A DNA stretch of 64,000 nucleotides from Candidatus Thorarchaeota archaeon (GCA_048882045.1 JBHLRZ010000007.1:32001-96000), one strand, 5' to 3'. Shown: positions 20,896-32,986, numbered from the stretch's first letter. The notes: generated by a model not told the origin, from the sequence alone. Translations and numbers: made by a program.

Positions 20896-21098
20896 TGTAT
20901 AGTCTCCAATCCAACGCTTACAACTCGTACGGAAAATGTATCCTCCTTAAGCGGTTTGCGCTGCATTTTCTAGTTAATAATTGATAATTCCTCTATATAA
21001 AGAAGAATCACAAATCAGGGTCACATTATGTTACTATCTGTAACTGGATAACAATAGTTAAATATTTCCTTTGGTTTCTATTTGATATATTTTCGGAG

Positions 21099-21587
21099 AT
21101 GAGAAAGATGTCCGATGAAGAAAAGATGACTCTGAAGGAATTCCACAAGAAAATAGCAGTACAATCAAACAATGGAATTTGGCCAACTCTGGATAAAGAC
21201 AATCCCACTAAGGAAGAACTAGAAGACGTCATGCATATGGCGCATACAGCAAGATATCATTGGAGCAAGGTCGGTACAATCGTTAATGCAGTCAGAGGAG
21301 AATACATGCTTGCAAGAGTCTATGCTCATATGAAGAGGGCTGAACCTGCTTTATATCATGCTAATAGAGGACTCGAGTTAGCCAAAGAGGCTGAGAAGAC
21401 TGATGAGAACTGGAAGGATTGGGATATGCCTTTCATTTACGAAGCTCTTGCTCGAGCACATGCTGTAGCTGGCAATAAAAAAGAGTGTATGGAATACAAG
21501 GAAACAGCTCAGAAAGCGATTGACAAAATAGCAGGAAAAGAGGACAAAGAGATCTGCCAGGGTGAACTCGACAAGGTCAAGTGCTAA
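21099..21587 (+). CDS. Conserved hypothetical alpha-helical (TPR-like) protein
   Basis: AHTARYHW...EYMLARVYA...WDMPFIYEALARAHAVAG. Confidence 0.7.
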   Translation: MRKMSDEEKMTLKEFHKKIAVQSNNGIWPTLDKDNPTKEELEDVMHMAHTARYHWSKVGTIVNAVRGEYMLARVYAHMKRAEPALYHANRGLELAKEAEKTDENWKDWDMPFIYEALARAHAVAGNKKECMEYKETAQKAIDKIAGKEDKEICQGELDKVKC

Positions 21588-21640
21588 TCCAACTCGCTGA
21601 GACCAAAACAAGAATAAGAAGAGTTTCTCGCAGTTAACTC

Positions 21641-22537
21641 ATGCGTGAGATACCATACGTTCAAACCAGTGTATTTGTTGACGAAAGGAAATCCTTCGGC
21701 GGCAACCAACTGGCAACATATTGGAATATAGAGAAGAATGCATCTCTCACTCAAGAAGAGATGCAGGGCATGACTCTCGAAATGAACTTCTCAGAATCGA
21801 CTTTCATCGAGAAACCTACCATCGATGGATGTACTGCCAAGGTCAGAATCTTCACTCCTGCCCTAGAGATTTCCTTTGCCGGTCACCCAACTTTAGGAAC
21901 CGCTTATGTAATGAAAAACAAGGGTCTGATCAAAGAGCACCAAGAAACAGCTCTACTCCAGCTGGGTATAGGTCCAACTCCTGTTGAAATTCTCGACGAA
22001 GATCTAATTCAGATGACGCAACAGAAACCTGAATTCAAAAGATCTAATGACAGTGAAGACAAGATAGCTAGCGCAATTGGTTTGACAACCGACGACATCA
22101 ATTCAAAGTATCCAATACAGATCGTGTCTACAGGGTTTCCATATCTGATTGTTCCCATAACGAATCTTGAGTCATTGAAGAAAGCACATCCACCAATAGC
22201 CCAAGAATTACGGAATCTCTCACATCATGAAATCCTCGCGTTTTCGACAGAAACTGAATTTTCTGACTCACATGTGCATGCGAGAATGTTCGCACCTGAT
22301 GCTGGAGTCCCTGAAGATCCTGCTACTGGAAGTGCAGCAGGACCACTGGGCGCCTACGTTGAGAAACATCGGATACTTGAGAATCACCGGATTGGAGAGC
22401 CAATTCTGATCGAGCAAGGCTTTGAAATCAAGCGTCCAAGTCAGCTTGTTGCGAAAGTACCGGATAAGAACATGTCTGCAGTCCTTGTATCAGGAAAGGT
22501 CCGACTCATTGCAGAAGGTGCGTTTTATCTCCCCTAG
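21641..22537 (+). CDS. PhzF family epimerase/isomerase
   Basis: GGNQLA, EMNFSESTF, FAGHPTLG, EDPATGSAAG. Confidence 0.92.
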   Translation: MREIPYVQTSVFVDERKSFGGNQLATYWNIEKNASLTQEEMQGMTLEMNFSESTFIEKPTIDGCTAKVRIFTPALEISFAGHPTLGTAYVMKNKGLIKEHQETALLQLGIGPTPVEILDEDLIQMTQQKPEFKRSNDSEDKIASAIGLTTDDINSKYPIQIVSTGFPYLIVPITNLESLKKAHPPIAQELRNLSHHEILAFSTETEFSDSHVHARMFAPDAGVPEDPATGSAAGPLGAYVEKHRILENHRIGEPILIEQGFEIKRPSQLVAKVPDKNMSAVLVSGKVRLIAEGAFYLP

Positions 22538-22599
22538 TCTACTATCGACCAAGTAACTTCTTATGCCGAATTAAGGCTGAAACATCGGAGCTGCGGTGC

Positions 22600-23118
22600 T
22601 TGAGTACAATAAGACCCGTCTTCAAGACGGTCCTCATAGGAGAAGGCGGCGTTGGGAAAACCAGCTTAGCTGTGCGATACACCGAAGACCGTTTCGACCA
22701 GCAAATGAAGATGACCATTGGCGTGAATTTTGCTACCAAAACTCTAACTGCCGGTGGGAGAAAGATCACACTTCTTCTATGGGATCTTGGGGGACAACCA
22801 CGTTTCCAAGATGTCATCTCAGACTACTTCAAAGGGTCTAAACTAGCCATTGCTGTATATGAAGTGAATCGAGTCTTCACTTTGTATAGACTTGATGATT
22901 GGATAAATAGGCTACATACAAGTGTCCCGAACTGCAGAATCTTCTTTGTAGGAAACAAGATTGATGAGAGGATGGACACCATGGGAGTATCTCTTGATGA
23001 GGCCGATGAGTTTGCAGCCAAATATGATGCAAAGGTTTTCGAGGTCAGTGCAAAGACTGGCGAAGGCGTCTTTGAGATGTTCGATGCTGTGGGAGAACAT
23101 CTTCTCCAATACTTTTGA
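22600..23118 (+). CDS. Rab-like small GTPase
   Basis: GEGGVGKTS, TIGVNF, WDLGGQ, NKID, EVSAK. Confidence 0.92.
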   Translation: MSTIRPVFKTVLIGEGGVGKTSLAVRYTEDRFDQQMKMTIGVNFATKTLTAGGRKITLLLWDLGGQPRFQDVISDYFKGSKLAIAVYEVNRVFTLYRLDDWINRLHTSVPNCRIFFVGNKIDERMDTMGVSLDEADEFAAKYDAKVFEVSAKTGEGVFEMFDAVGEHLLQYF

Positions 23119-23195
23119 ATTGTTGATATTGGGAAATTATTAAATGACAAGCGAAGTATCCTTGTCTGAACGAAAAGGAAGAGGGAATTCAAGAC

Positions 23196-23420
23196 TTGGT
23201 GAAGGTCAAGCTGACACCATTCACATGTCCAGCCTGCGGTGATGGTACTCAGATTTCTCTTGAGATCGAAAAGAAGAAGATAACTCAGGCCAGGAGACAT
23301 CCAGCTTTATTCACGTTTAGGTGTAAGAAAGACCATTCGCTTGTTGTATTTGTCGATCTTAACTTCAAGATTCGAGATGTGGAAGTAGCCACAGATGCAA
23401 CTGTGAAAACGGTCAAGTAA
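23196..23420 (+). CDS. Small Zn-ribbon protein
   Basis: CPAC...CKKDH...FVDLNFKIRD. Confidence 0.7.
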   Translation: MVKVKLTPFTCPACGDGTQISLEIEKKKITQARRHPALFTFRCKKDHSLVVFVDLNFKIRDVEVATDATVKTVK

Positions 23421-23457
23421 GAACATATTTCTATCATGACCTCATAGTTCCCGTGCT

Positions 23458-24171
23458 ATGCAGTTTGAGAGCATTGTGATACGAGTTTTCGATGTAGACT
23501 TCATGTTCCTTGACTTAGCATTCACAATATTCTGGATTGCACTCCTTTATAGACGAGGTTACATCAAGCCCTTGCTGTTTGGTGTCTTGGGCATCATCTT
23601 GAACTTCATCATAGACTATGGAATCTGGTACAGTGTCATGGGAATTCGAACACTTGAGGGACTTCCAATCTGGATGTCACCTCTCTCCTTCTTCGTGTAC
23701 TTCTCAATAACATATGGTATGGTCCAGTACTCATATGTGCAAGTGATGTTCTCATTCCAAAGTACAGACGAGAATAGTGAGAGGTGGAGGAGATATAGAT
23801 GGTCAGCCCTCCTCTTCGGCGGATGGTTGGTCATTGGCTTCATCTCATTCTTCTGGTCTTTCATGGATTCAGAAGTGACCGTCATCAGATACATGAACGA
23901 ACAGCGATTCATCGAGGTCGCGGTCGTCATTGCAATGTACGCGCTCTTGGCATATCTTGCATCGAGGAAGAAGTTCGACCTCAATCTCAGACGAATTGCA
24001 TACATATTCTCGGTTGGATTCTTCGTTCACTTCTCAATGGAATTCACATTGCTACTAAGTGGTATTCGAAAGTCGGGAGTATTCGACCTTGTCTTCAACA
24101 GTTTCTTAGAGTTCAATATGGGCACACCTCTCCTCTATCTGATGCTTGTTGGACTTGTCCCAATCATCTAA
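23458..24171 (+). CDS. Polytopic membrane protein (hypothetical)
   Basis: About seven hydrophobic segments. Confidence 0.7.
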   Translation: MQFESIVIRVFDVDFMFLDLAFTIFWIALLYRRGYIKPLLFGVLGIILNFIIDYGIWYSVMGIRTLEGLPIWMSPLSFFVYFSITYGMVQYSYVQVMFSFQSTDENSERWRRYRWSALLFGGWLVIGFISFFWSFMDSEVTVIRYMNEQRFIEVAVVIAMYALLAYLASRKKFDLNLRRIAYIFSVGFFVHFSMEFTLLLSGIRKSGVFDLVFNSFLEFNMGTPLLYLMLVGLVPII

Positions 24172-24195
24172 AGAAAGTTCAAGAGAAATGGGTAA

Positions 24196-24627
24196 CTACA
24201 GGGATTTCCGAAAGAAAACCTCTCCTATTCCTCCCTCATTGATTCCAGATATAATCCCACATTCTTCAAACCCAATTGAGCGGTGCCAAGCCTGAGGTTC
24301 AGGTTCGTTTGCTTGGGAAGAGCTATACAACTGATCATGTCCCCGGCTCTTCAAGTATTTCTCTAAGAAAGAGATTATCTTCTGACCGATTCCTTCATGT
24401 CTATAGAGTTCGATGACAAAGATGACTCCGATATACGGTATATTAGACCAGAGATACTCTAGTCTCAGATACCCAATTGGTTCACCATCGAGTTCTGCTA
24501 TGATGATCTCATCCTGGACTATCTTGTTGCGGATCACCTGTTCCGTCACATAGTCATCTTCTACTACACACCATTCAAGGTCTTCAGGTCCAGCAAACCT
24601 CACAACGACCCTATCATACACACTCAT
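24196..24627 (-). CDS. GNAT N-acetyltransferase
   Basis: YRHEGIG motif A, WHRSIGF. Confidence 0.88.
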   Translation of the reverse strand: MSVYDRVVVRFAGPEDLEWCVVEDDYVTEQVIRNKIVQDEIIIAELDGEPIGYLRLEYLWSNIPYIGVIFVIELYRHEGIGQKIISFLEKYLKSRGHDQLYSSSQANEPEPQAWHRSIGFEECGIISGINEGGIGEVFFRKSL

Positions 24628-24787
24628 CCTAACTCACTGTTCCAAATCTAGGATGTCAATGCATCTGAAGTAGGTTTCGAATTCATTGTTCAGAAAATGA
24701 TATATCGAGAATGGAAGTTAGAAATTGTAATTTCAGTGGTCTAGGAGTGTGAGATAAGAGACCATTCTAGGTGTAGGTGGCTGAATC

Positions 24788-26749
24788 TTGCGAAGAAAGA
24801 TCCTAATTGTCATCATTTTCCTCCTGTCTACTCTAATCCCCTCTCCAATGTTTGACTCAAAATTAGGAAAGGTTGCAGAGGGAGTATCAGGAACCATAGA
24901 GTATCATACCATTGCATATACTCGACATGATCCCATCTACATTGCATCAGACGCAGAATTCATTGCACAGGCTGCTTTAGAAGGGTGGCCTGGGGACGGT
25001 TCAGAGTCCAATCCCTACAGAATTGAAGGCTACAACATTACTCACACGGGATTCATCATCCAAATTGAAAATGTCACTATGTTTTTTGAAATTAGGAACT
25101 GCTACCTGGCTTCAAATTCGTCAGGGGTGCACATCGAAAGCTCCTCAGACTGTGAAGTATATTCCAACGATTTCGATAATGCAAGTATTGAGATATGTGA
25201 CAGCGGTAATTGTGAAATCTATTCAAATGAATTCTATAATGGATCTGAGATACGAATTAACTGTTGTTTTCAAGTTTCGGTATCAGACGTTAGAGTCATT
25301 GCACCATCTGACCAGGGGATACTTGTTAGCAACTCAAGTCACTGCAATATCTCTAATTCCATATTATATTCATCACCAATAGCCGGGATTGTTGCAATGG
25401 ATTCGCTCTCCTGCTCCTTTACTTCCAACACCATATCACATTGTCAGAATGGCATACTAATTTGCAACGATACCTCCTCATCTCTATTTACTAACAACTA
25501 CATATTCAATCAATCAGAGTATGGAATAAAAGTTGAAAGTGGTTCTGATAACTGGATATATGCGAACATCGTAGCTAGTGAAGGAACAGGATTTTTCCTG
25601 GACGATGGTGTTCAGAATCACTGGGATGATGGATTTTTCCTAGGAAACTTTTTGCCTGGAATAACTGAAGGAATCTTTCCCATAGACGGTTCTGCTGGGA
25701 GCGAGGATCAATTTGCAAGGCCAGTAGACCCAGAGCCAGTTGAAGAGCCAGTAATCTGTTCAGATCCGATACTGGTGAAACTCGGTGATTTTGATGGAAT
25801 TCTAGCTTGTGTGGTTTGGCTGAGAGAAGAAACTCGTCTGTATAGGTTTGAGATTATCAGAAACAGATTCTACATAAATGGAGCGTTTGATCGAGATATT
25901 GAATGGTCAGGTCCATGTACTATTGTGATTGATGTAGAGGGTTTGGCTCCAGGTATTTACGAATTCAGCCTATTCCAAGATCTCTGGGTTCCCCCCTTCG
26001 ATGAGGGGGAAATACATCTGTTTGATTTTACAACCTACCTTCCCGGATTTTATTCTCCTATTGATAATGATGCTGATGACATGTTTGATGAATGGGAGAT
26101 TGAGCATGGTCTGGATCCTTTGAGCAATGATAGTGAAGATGATCCCGATAGTGATGATCTCTCCAATCTTCATGAATTTATGTGGAACACTGATCCACAA
26201 AATCCCGATACGGACTCAGACCTCATGCCAGACGGATGGGAAGCTCACTACGACCTGCGACCATGGGTCGATGACTCGGGATTGGATAAAGACTCAGATG
26301 GTTTGTGCAACCTCGATGAGTATCTTCATGGAACGGACCCAGAGGATAGCGACTCAGATTCCGATTCGATAACGGACGGATGGGAGGTGACCTTTGGTCA
26401 AAATCCATTGGATCCCTCTGATGCATTGATAGATTCCGATGCTGATACTCTAACAAATCTCCAAGAGTTTCTACTTGGAACCAATCCAACTAGTCCAGAT
26501 TCTGACTTCGATTCTTATCCTGATGCTTGGGAGGTGCGCTATGGATTCGATCCACTTACCCCTCCTGATACAATGTATGAAGAGATCGCATATTTTGCAC
26601 CTTTCATTATCACTGGATATCTGACTCTTAGTGCCATATCTGTGGTGACAATAGTCATGAATCGAATGGGAAAGATGCTCCTAAAAGAGCAGAGCCAACT
26701 TGATGAAGAGGAAGAGATCAAGCGTCAACTTCAAGCTCTGATGTCTTGA
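24788..26749 (+). CDS. Surface protein: signal peptide, NosD-like parallel beta-helix, TSP3-like Ca-binding repeats, C-terminal TM
   Basis: [16 protein letters not shown], Asn-rich PbH1-like repeats, repeated D-x-D-x-D-x-x-x-[DN]-x-x-E-x-x-x-G-[TL]-[DN]-P. Confidence 0.8.
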   Translation: MRRKILIVIIFLLSTLIPSPMFDSKLGKVAEGVSGTIEYHTIAYTRHDPIYIASDAEFIAQAALEGWPGDGSESNPYRIEGYNITHTGFIIQIENVTMFFEIRNCYLASNSSGVHIESSSDCEVYSNDFDNASIEICDSGNCEIYSNEFYNGSEIRINCCFQVSVSDVRVIAPSDQGILVSNSSHCNISNSILYSSPIAGIVAMDSLSCSFTSNTISHCQNGILICNDTSSSLFTNNYIFNQSEYGIKVESGSDNWIYANIVASEGTGFFLDDGVQNHWDDGFFLGNFLPGITEGIFPIDGSAGSEDQFARPVDPEPVEEPVICSDPILVKLGDFDGILACVVWLREETRLYRFEIIRNRFYINGAFDRDIEWSGPCTIVIDVEGLAPGIYEFSLFQDLWVPPFDEGEIHLFDFTTYLPGFYSPIDNDADDMFDEWEIEHGLDPLSNDSEDDPDSDDLSNLHEFMWNTDPQNPDTDSDLMPDGWEAHYDLRPWVDDSGLDKDSDGLCNLDEYLHGTDPEDSDSDSDSITDGWEVTFGQNPLDPSDALIDSDADTLTNLQEFLLGTNPTSPDSDFDSYPDAWEVRYGFDPLTPPDTMYEEIAYFAPFIITGYLTLSAISVVTIVMNRMGKMLLKEQSQLDEEEEIKRQLQALMS

Positions 26750-29361
26750 TCTCTATATTCCTCAGGATTCTTGTCGAAGGTTTCTTTACAGTAAGGATTG
26801 CAGAAGTAGTACCTCTTTCCTTCATAGTCAGAGTAGAGATCAGCGGATGCAATGTCGACTTTCATGTTACAGATTGGGTCGATTGCTACATCTCCCTCAA
26901 GGTAGGCTGCAGGAGGAACTCCTTCTTCCTTTAATTCCACAACCTTAGGCTTAAACCTATTCAGTGTAAGAGCGTTTGCTACAACACTGACACTTGATAG
27001 TGCCATTGCTAGTCCTGCAAATTGCGGCTGAAGATAGAGACCGAGAGTAGGGAAGAGAAGTCCTGCGGCTACTGGAAGGAGAATGATGTTATAGATAAGT
27101 GCCCAGAAGAATCCCTGTTTGATCTTTGTCATTGTCTTCTGACCAAGTTGAATTCCTGTGACAACATCCATGAGGTCATCCTTTACTAGGACAATGTCCC
27201 CTGATTCCACAGAAACATCGGTGCCTGAGCCTAGCGCAATGCCAACATCAGCTTGAGCTAGAGCTATCGCATCATTGACACCATCGCCTGTCATTGCGAC
27301 AATCTTTCCCTGAGCTTGAAGTTTCTTGATTTGTTCTGCCTTCTGATCAGGAAGGACCTCGGCCAATGCATGTTCAATACCAACAGATTCTCCAATCGCT
27401 TTGGCGGTTATCTCCCTGTCACCTGTAATCATCCAGACATCGATACCCATACCTTTGAGTGTACTCACAGCCTCTACCGAGCTTGGTTTCAGATCGTCAG
27501 CAATTGCCAAGACTGCAAGCTGCTTTCCATTGACAGACGCATAGATTACTGTCTTCCCTAGTTGCTGGAATATTTCTGATTGGTCATCAATGTTGGAAAA
27601 GTCCACTCCGAGATCTTTCATGAACTGTTGACTGCCAACAGAAACAGTTTCTCCCTCAACAACTGCACTCACTCCTTTCCCAGTAGTGTATTGGAAATCT
27701 TCTGATTGTGGAAAAGCAATTCCCCTTTCATTGACATAGTAAACAACTGCTTCTGCCAAAGGATGTTCGCTGTTCTTTTCCACCGATGCAATGAGTCGAA
27801 GAGATTCCTCTTCTTTATAGCTCCCCACAGTGATGACATCGGTCACAGTCGGTCTTCCTATGGTGAGAGTTCCAGTCTTATCGAAAACAATTGTATCGAT
27901 TTCTGGGATTATTTCAAGACCATCTCCTGTCTTGATTAGGATTCCATGCTGAGCTCCCTTTCCTATACCAACCATAATTGCAGTAGGAGTGGCGAGTCCC
28001 AGTGCACACGGACAAGCTGCGACCAGAACTGCAATTGTAAAGTTGAGTGCAAGGTCCCATTGAACGTTCATGACGAAGACCCAGAACAGGTATGTGGCAA
28101 TCGAGATGACCAGAACAATGGGCGTAAACACCTCTGCGATTGAGTCTGCCTTTCGCTGGATGGCTGGCTTGTTCGTCTGAGCCTCTTCCACCATTCTGAC
28201 AATCTGTGAGAGGACAGTGTCCTGACCTACCTTGGTAGCCTTGACTCTAAGAACTCCATTCTTATTGACTGTGCCACCTACAACAGAATCGCCCACTGTC
28301 TTATCAACAGCAACCGACTCTCCAGTGATCATCGACTCATCAACCGAGGACTTCCCTTCTAGAACACTTCCATCAACAGGTACTCGATCACCCGGACGAA
28401 CTAGGACAAGATCATCAACTTCGACATCTTCAATGGGTAGAATCAGTTCTTCTCCATTGCGAATCACAGTTGCAACTTTAGCCTGAAGATCCATCAATCC
28501 TCTAATGGCCTTTGATGTGCGTCCTTTTGCAACCGATTCTAATGTGCGACCCAGTAGTATGAATGAGATCAGCAAGACAGCAGCATCATAGAAGGGGGCA
28601 TAGCCAGAAAGGACGAATGTTGTTGCAACCGAGTAACCATAGGCTGCAGTTGTACCCAGCATTACAAGAGTGTCCATATTTGTCTTGAAATGTCGTAATC
28701 CTCTGAGTGCTGCTTTGTAGAACGGGTATCCTCCAATGAACTGAACAGGAGTTGAGAGGAAGAACATCAGTAGCATTTTCGTACTTTCTAGAGGAATCAG
28801 CGCATTAAGTACTCCAAAGTGGATTAGAACTACAGGAATCGTTAGTATCACTGAGAATGTTAAGAGTGTAGCATAATATCGGATTTCTTTTTCTCTTGCG
28901 AGGGATTCTCTATCTCTCTCCACACCCTCACTAGACTCTAATTTGAAACCCAGACTCAGAATTGTCTTCCGAACAATCTTGAAGGTGACCAAATCCTCGT
29001 CGTATTCGATTAGTAGACGTTTTGAATCAGGATAGCTCCTCGCTGTTATTACTCCTTTTATCTGACTAACTGCAGTGGTAATCTCATCCCATTGAGACTC
29101 ACTAGGACTTTCAGAAAGCGTTAAAGTCATCGATGCTCTTCGAGCGCGATAACCAACGGAATCCACAGCCATTTCCAACACAGACCGATCTACTGAATCT
29201 GCGTAATATTCGACAACAGCTTTCTCATCGAGAAGACTTACACTAGCTTTAATCACACCATCTTGAGAAAGCAGTGACTTCTCAATTGTGGCAACACAGG
29301 AAGCACAATGCATTCCTTCAATTTTCATCGAAAGTCTTTCGGGAGTTTCATTTTTGGTCAT
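26731..29361 (-). CDS. copA: Copper-translocating P1B-type ATPase with an N-terminal HMA and a C-terminal YHS/TRASH domain
   Basis: GMHCASC, TGES, CPC, DKTGT, SEHP, GDGVND, YN, MALSS; C-terminal DPICNM...YYFCNPYC. Confidence 0.95.
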   Translation of the reverse strand: MTKNETPERLSMKIEGMHCASCVATIEKSLLSQDGVIKASVSLLDEKAVVEYYADSVDRSVLEMAVDSVGYRARRASMTLTLSESPSESQWDEITTAVSQIKGVITARSYPDSKRLLIEYDEDLVTFKIVRKTILSLGFKLESSEGVERDRESLAREKEIRYYATLLTFSVILTIPVVLIHFGVLNALIPLESTKMLLMFFLSTPVQFIGGYPFYKAALRGLRHFKTNMDTLVMLGTTAAYGYSVATTFVLSGYAPFYDAAVLLISFILLGRTLESVAKGRTSKAIRGLMDLQAKVATVIRNGEELILPIEDVEVDDLVLVRPGDRVPVDGSVLEGKSSVDESMITGESVAVDKTVGDSVVGGTVNKNGVLRVKATKVGQDTVLSQIVRMVEEAQTNKPAIQRKADSIAEVFTPIVLVISIATYLFWVFVMNVQWDLALNFTIAVLVAACPCALGLATPTAIMVGIGKGAQHGILIKTGDGLEIIPEIDTIVFDKTGTLTIGRPTVTDVITVGSYKEEESLRLIASVEKNSEHPLAEAVVYYVNERGIAFPQSEDFQYTTGKGVSAVVEGETVSVGSQQFMKDLGVDFSNIDDQSEIFQQLGKTVIYASVNGKQLAVLAIADDLKPSSVEAVSTLKGMGIDVWMITGDREITAKAIGESVGIEHALAEVLPDQKAEQIKKLQAQGKIVAMTGDGVNDAIALAQADVGIALGSGTDVSVESGDIVLVKDDLMDVVTGIQLGQKTMTKIKQGFFWALIYNIILLPVAAGLLFPTLGLYLQPQFAGLAMALSSVSVVANALTLNRFKPKVVELKEEGVPPAAYLEGDVAIDPICNMKVDIASADLYSDYEGKRYYFCNPYCKETFDKNPEEYRDQDIRA

Positions 29362-29387
29362 CTATTTTACAATCCTTTATGCAATAT

Positions 29388-29437
29388 ATTATATCGTTGT
29401 AGATATATAGACGTAGATATATCGGTGTCGATATATA
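29388..29437. promoter_or_regulatory. Operator array upstream of copA: four GATATATC-like boxes at 14-bp period
   Basis: ATTATATC 29388, GATATATA 29402, GATATATC 29416, GATATATA 29430. Confidence 0.75.
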
Positions 29438-29480
29438 AGTTTTTTGATTGGGCGGGTTTGGAAGGAAACCATATTGTCAA

Positions 29481-29951
29481 TTATAAACTCTGTTTGAACG
29501 CTTTTGCACAATGAACACAACAAAAAGTAAGATTTGTTCCATTGACTTCTTCGTAGTGCGCGCCTTCGAAAACCCTAGCTCCACAACTTGCACAAACCTC
29601 TAGGCTGGACCCGAGGGCAGATACTGTGATCGCAGCAAAACGTTTGAATAACTGGTTGCTAAATCGCTCTCCTTTCTTCGTCATTGAATAGACAATCTTA
29701 CGTTTCTTCCCTATGTCTTCTTGCTTCTGGGTGACCAGCTTCTTTTCTTCGAGTTCCTGCAAAAATGGGTATAGTGTTCCTGGACTTAATTTCTTCCCAG
29801 TTCGTTTTTCATAACTTTTCATAAGACCATAACCATGCAATGGCTTTTCGTTCAACATCAACAAGATATAGAAATGCGAGAAATCAGCTAGTATTTCCTG
29901 AATGTCAGGATGGGGCACTTTCATGTCTTGAATTGTTTTTTCATTCGTCAT
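29481..29951 (-). CDS. PadR-family regulator with a C-terminal TRASH metal-binding domain
   Basis: PLHGYGLMK, LSPGTLYPFLQELEEKKLV; CASC...FCCVHC. Confidence 0.9.
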   Translation of the reverse strand: MTNEKTIQDMKVPHPDIQEILADFSHFYILLMLNEKPLHGYGLMKSYEKRTGKKLSPGTLYPFLQELEEKKLVTQKQEDIGKKRKIVYSMTKKGERFSNQLFKRFAAITVSALGSSLEVCASCGARVFEGAHYEEVNGTNLTFCCVHCAKAFKQSL

Positions 29952-30140
29952 TTTTGTGTCAACCCAAGGAAGCTCGAATATTTTGAGTCACACAGATAAG
30001 GAATAAAGAAGTTCCCGTGTGTGACATATAATCCAATCCACGAAGCATTTTCCTATAATAGTTGCCTATTTGATTAAACTCTTCCCGATCATGCCGAGAA
30101 ATGGACTACATTATATGAGATTTTGATGAGTAGCAATATA

Positions 30141-30322
30141 AATGTATCTTAAGGGATATATCCATAGGGATAATTAATGCCTGCTCTCAGGAATCCCACC
30201 GGGGCTCTATCAATGTTAGAAACAGATTTCGGATAAGAAAAGCCAATATAGGGTGCCCGACAGAATATTTATATATATCGAGTGGGATATATCTGATTGG
30301 ATACTATTGTTTGCGATATATC
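30141..30322. promoter_or_regulatory. GATATATC operator arrays in the divergent regulator/YHS-lon intergenic region
   Basis: AATGTATC 30141, GATATATC 30155, GATAATTA 30169; TATATATC 30272, GATATATC 30286, GATACTAT 30300, GATATATC 30315. Confidence 0.72.
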
Positions 30323-30355
30323 TGAAGAGATTTACATAAAGCAGAGGCAAAGGAA

Positions 30356-30511
30356 ATGGCTAGAGACCCAATATGTGGAATGATAGTAGATGAGAACACA
30401 ACCAAGCTAAAGACAGTTCATAAAGGAGAAACTTTCTACTTCTGTATGATGAGCTGCAAGAAAGCCTTTGACAGTGATCCAGATCGCTTTGCCATCGAAT
30501 CCACAAATTAA
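30356..30511 (+). CDS. YHS/TRASH metallochaperone, 51 aa (not in the ORF track)
   Basis: MARDPICGMIVDENTTKLKTVHKGETFYFCMMSCKKAFDSDPDRFAIESTN. Confidence 0.9.
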   Translation: MARDPICGMIVDENTTKLKTVHKGETFYFCMMSCKKAFDSDPDRFAIESTN

Positions 30512-30532
30512 TAATAGAGCAGGAGATTATCT

Positions 30533-32986
30533 ATGAAAAAACTGACACCAGAAGAAATTCGGGTTCGTTGTGATGATAGGGAGTTTGCATGCAGAACTAG
30601 TGCAGAGCTTTTTCCCCTAGATAATATCGTTGGACAGAAACGTGCTCTTGAATCATTGCGATTCGGACTAATGATAAAGGATAAGGGATTCAATGTCTTT
30701 GTTGCGGGTATTCCAGGAACTGGTCGCACCACTGCAGTTTCAAAATTCCTTCAAAATCTTGCAACAAACGAATCGAATGCATCAGATTGGTGCTATGTAA
30801 CCAATTTCGAGAATCAGTATCACCCACGGGCTCTTGAGCTTCCATCAAGTAGAGGGATGCAATTAGAGCAGCAAATGGAGAGCTTCATTGAACTTGCTCA
30901 AATGACGCTTTCTGAGATGCTGGAAAGTGAGGAATATATTATACAAAGAAATCAACTTCTGAAGGTTTTCAAAGACAAACAGCAGGAAATAAGCAATCAA
31001 ATGGAAAATGAAGCACGAAAAAACGGGTTCATATTGCAAGGTTCTAAGACGCGACTACTCTTACTTCCAATAATCAATGGTGAGCCTCTCGATCCTGAAG
31101 CAAACGTCCACCTGCCCAAGGAAATCGAAGAGAAAATCGCAGAAAATCGTGAAGTCGTGGAAAAGCAAATGCGAGTGCTTTTCCGCAAGTTACGTCTTAT
31201 TGAACGTGAACTTCGTGAAGCTCTTCAGAATAAAGAACGAGAAGCTGTGCTTTACGCCCTCTCCCCACTTATTGATGACCTTAAGGAGAACTTCAGGGAT
31301 CTGCCAAGGGTTACACAGTGGATTCAGGAAGTAGCTGAGGATATCACCGAACATCTTCAGGAATTCATCGGACTCTCAGAAGTTGATTCATCAGATGAGC
31401 TGGATTTATCGCAATCGGGATCAATCACACGGGAAGATTTCACTCATAGATATAGAGTGAATCTGTTCGTTGATAATTTGGGAGCAGATGGCGCTCCTGT
31501 TGTAATCCTTGCAAATCCTTCTTATAACAACTTATTTGGTGTAATAGAGAAAGAACCACGATATAGCGGACTTAGAACAGACTTTTCTATGATTCGCCCA
31601 GGAGCCCTGCATAAGGCAAATGGTGGTTATCTAGTTGTTCCAGCACTGGAACTTCTAACTTCTCCACATGTCTATCAATCTTTGAAGAGGGCCCTTGAAC
31701 ATAGCGAGATAGTTATCGAAGAACCTCAGGAATCAAGCAACTTCTTTACTGTGAAGAGTTTACGTCCGGAACCAATCCCATTGGATGTGCAAGTAATTCT
31801 AATTGGCGAGGAAGAGATTTACCAAGAGCTTTACAATAAGGACCCCGAATTTCGGCAACTTTTCAAGGTAAAGGCAGAATTTGACATTTCGATGGATCGC
31901 ACGCCTGAAAACATCCATGTATTTGGCTCGTTCATTTGTATGATTCACTCAAGGGAAGGGCTGAACCCTTTGAAAGCAGACGCCATTGCAGAAGTAATCG
32001 ATTATAGCTCCCGCCTAGCGGAGAATCAAAACAAGCTCTCTATAAGATTTGACATAATAACTGACATCATTCGCGAAGCAAACTTCTATGCGAGCGAAGA
32101 AAAAAGCATCACCATAGAAAGAGATCATATCGAAAAAGCCATCCGTCAAAGATTATACCGATTGAATCTTTATTCAGAGAAGGTTCGTGAGCTCATTAAG
32201 AAGAATATCATTTTTATCGATCTTGAGGGGGAAACTGTAGGACAAGTAAATGGACTTTCGGTGGTCACTCTTGCAGGTCATACTTTTGGACAAACATCTC
32301 GAGTTACAGCTAGTATATCCCCAGGGCACCAGGTTGTAATAGATATTGAACGTGAATCAAATCTTGGTGGTCCGATTCATACAAAAGGAGTACTCATACT
32401 TGCGGGATATCTTGCTAATCGATACGGAAGAGAAAAACCACTTAGTCTTTCTGCGCGGATTGTCTTTGAGCAGAGTTATGGAGGCGTTGAGGGAGATAGT
32501 GCAAGTAGCACAGAACTGTTTGCAATTTTATCTGCTCTTTCAGGAGTACCTATCCAACAGAGATTTGCTGTAACTGGCTCCGTCGATCAACATGGACGAA
32601 TTCAAGCTGTGGGAGGAATTAATGAAAAGATTGAAGGATTTTACGAACTCTGTAAAGCAAAAGGTTTGACCGGGCATCAAGGAGTCTTGATACCAAAAAC
32701 CAATATTCAGAATTTAATGTTATCAGATGAAGTAGTTGAAGCTGTTAGGATGGACTCATTCCACATTTATGCAATAGAAAATGTGGATGAAGGCATTGAA
32801 TTGTTAACTGGTGTACCAGCAGGCAGAAGTCAAGAGAATGGAAACTATTTGCCAGGATCAATTAATGCAATGGTGGATGAGTTTCTGGTTCGAATGGCCA
32901 AAATTATGGAAAAGTATTCTACTGAGAATCACAGCAAACATGAAATCTCTACTACACCACAACAAGTGACGTTCTCTGGAGGCTGA
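30533..32986 (+). CDS. Lon-family S16 protease, LonC/AAA_32 type
   Basis: GIPGTGRTT (Walker A Lys to Arg), GALHKANGGYL, FEQSYGGVEGDSAS (catalytic Ser), GGINEKIEG (catalytic Lys). Confidence 0.92.
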   Translation: MKKLTPEEIRVRCDDREFACRTSAELFPLDNIVGQKRALESLRFGLMIKDKGFNVFVAGIPGTGRTTAVSKFLQNLATNESNASDWCYVTNFENQYHPRALELPSSRGMQLEQQMESFIELAQMTLSEMLESEEYIIQRNQLLKVFKDKQQEISNQMENEARKNGFILQGSKTRLLLLPIINGEPLDPEANVHLPKEIEEKIAENREVVEKQMRVLFRKLRLIERELREALQNKEREAVLYALSPLIDDLKENFRDLPRVTQWIQEVAEDITEHLQEFIGLSEVDSSDELDLSQSGSITREDFTHRYRVNLFVDNLGADGAPVVILANPSYNNLFGVIEKEPRYSGLRTDFSMIRPGALHKANGGYLVVPALELLTSPHVYQSLKRALEHSEIVIEEPQESSNFFTVKSLRPEPIPLDVQVILIGEEEIYQELYNKDPEFRQLFKVKAEFDISMDRTPENIHVFGSFICMIHSREGLNPLKADAIAEVIDYSSRLAENQNKLSIRFDIITDIIREANFYASEEKSITIERDHIEKAIRQRLYRLNLYSEKVRELIKKNIIFIDLEGETVGQVNGLSVVTLAGHTFGQTSRVTASISPGHQVVIDIERESNLGGPIHTKGVLILAGYLANRYGREKPLSLSARIVFEQSYGGVEGDSASSTELFAILSALSGVPIQQRFAVTGSVDQHGRIQAVGGINEKIEGFYELCKAKGLTGHQGVLIPKTNIQNLMLSDEVVEAVRMDSFHIYAIENVDEGIELLTGVPAGRSQENGNYLPGSINAMVDEFLVRMAKIMEKYSTENHSKHEISTTPQQVTFSGG

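Noticed and set aside
26060-26560. Repetitive Asp-rich DNA as a non-coding repeat
   Set aside because: Explained by TSP3-like protein repeats
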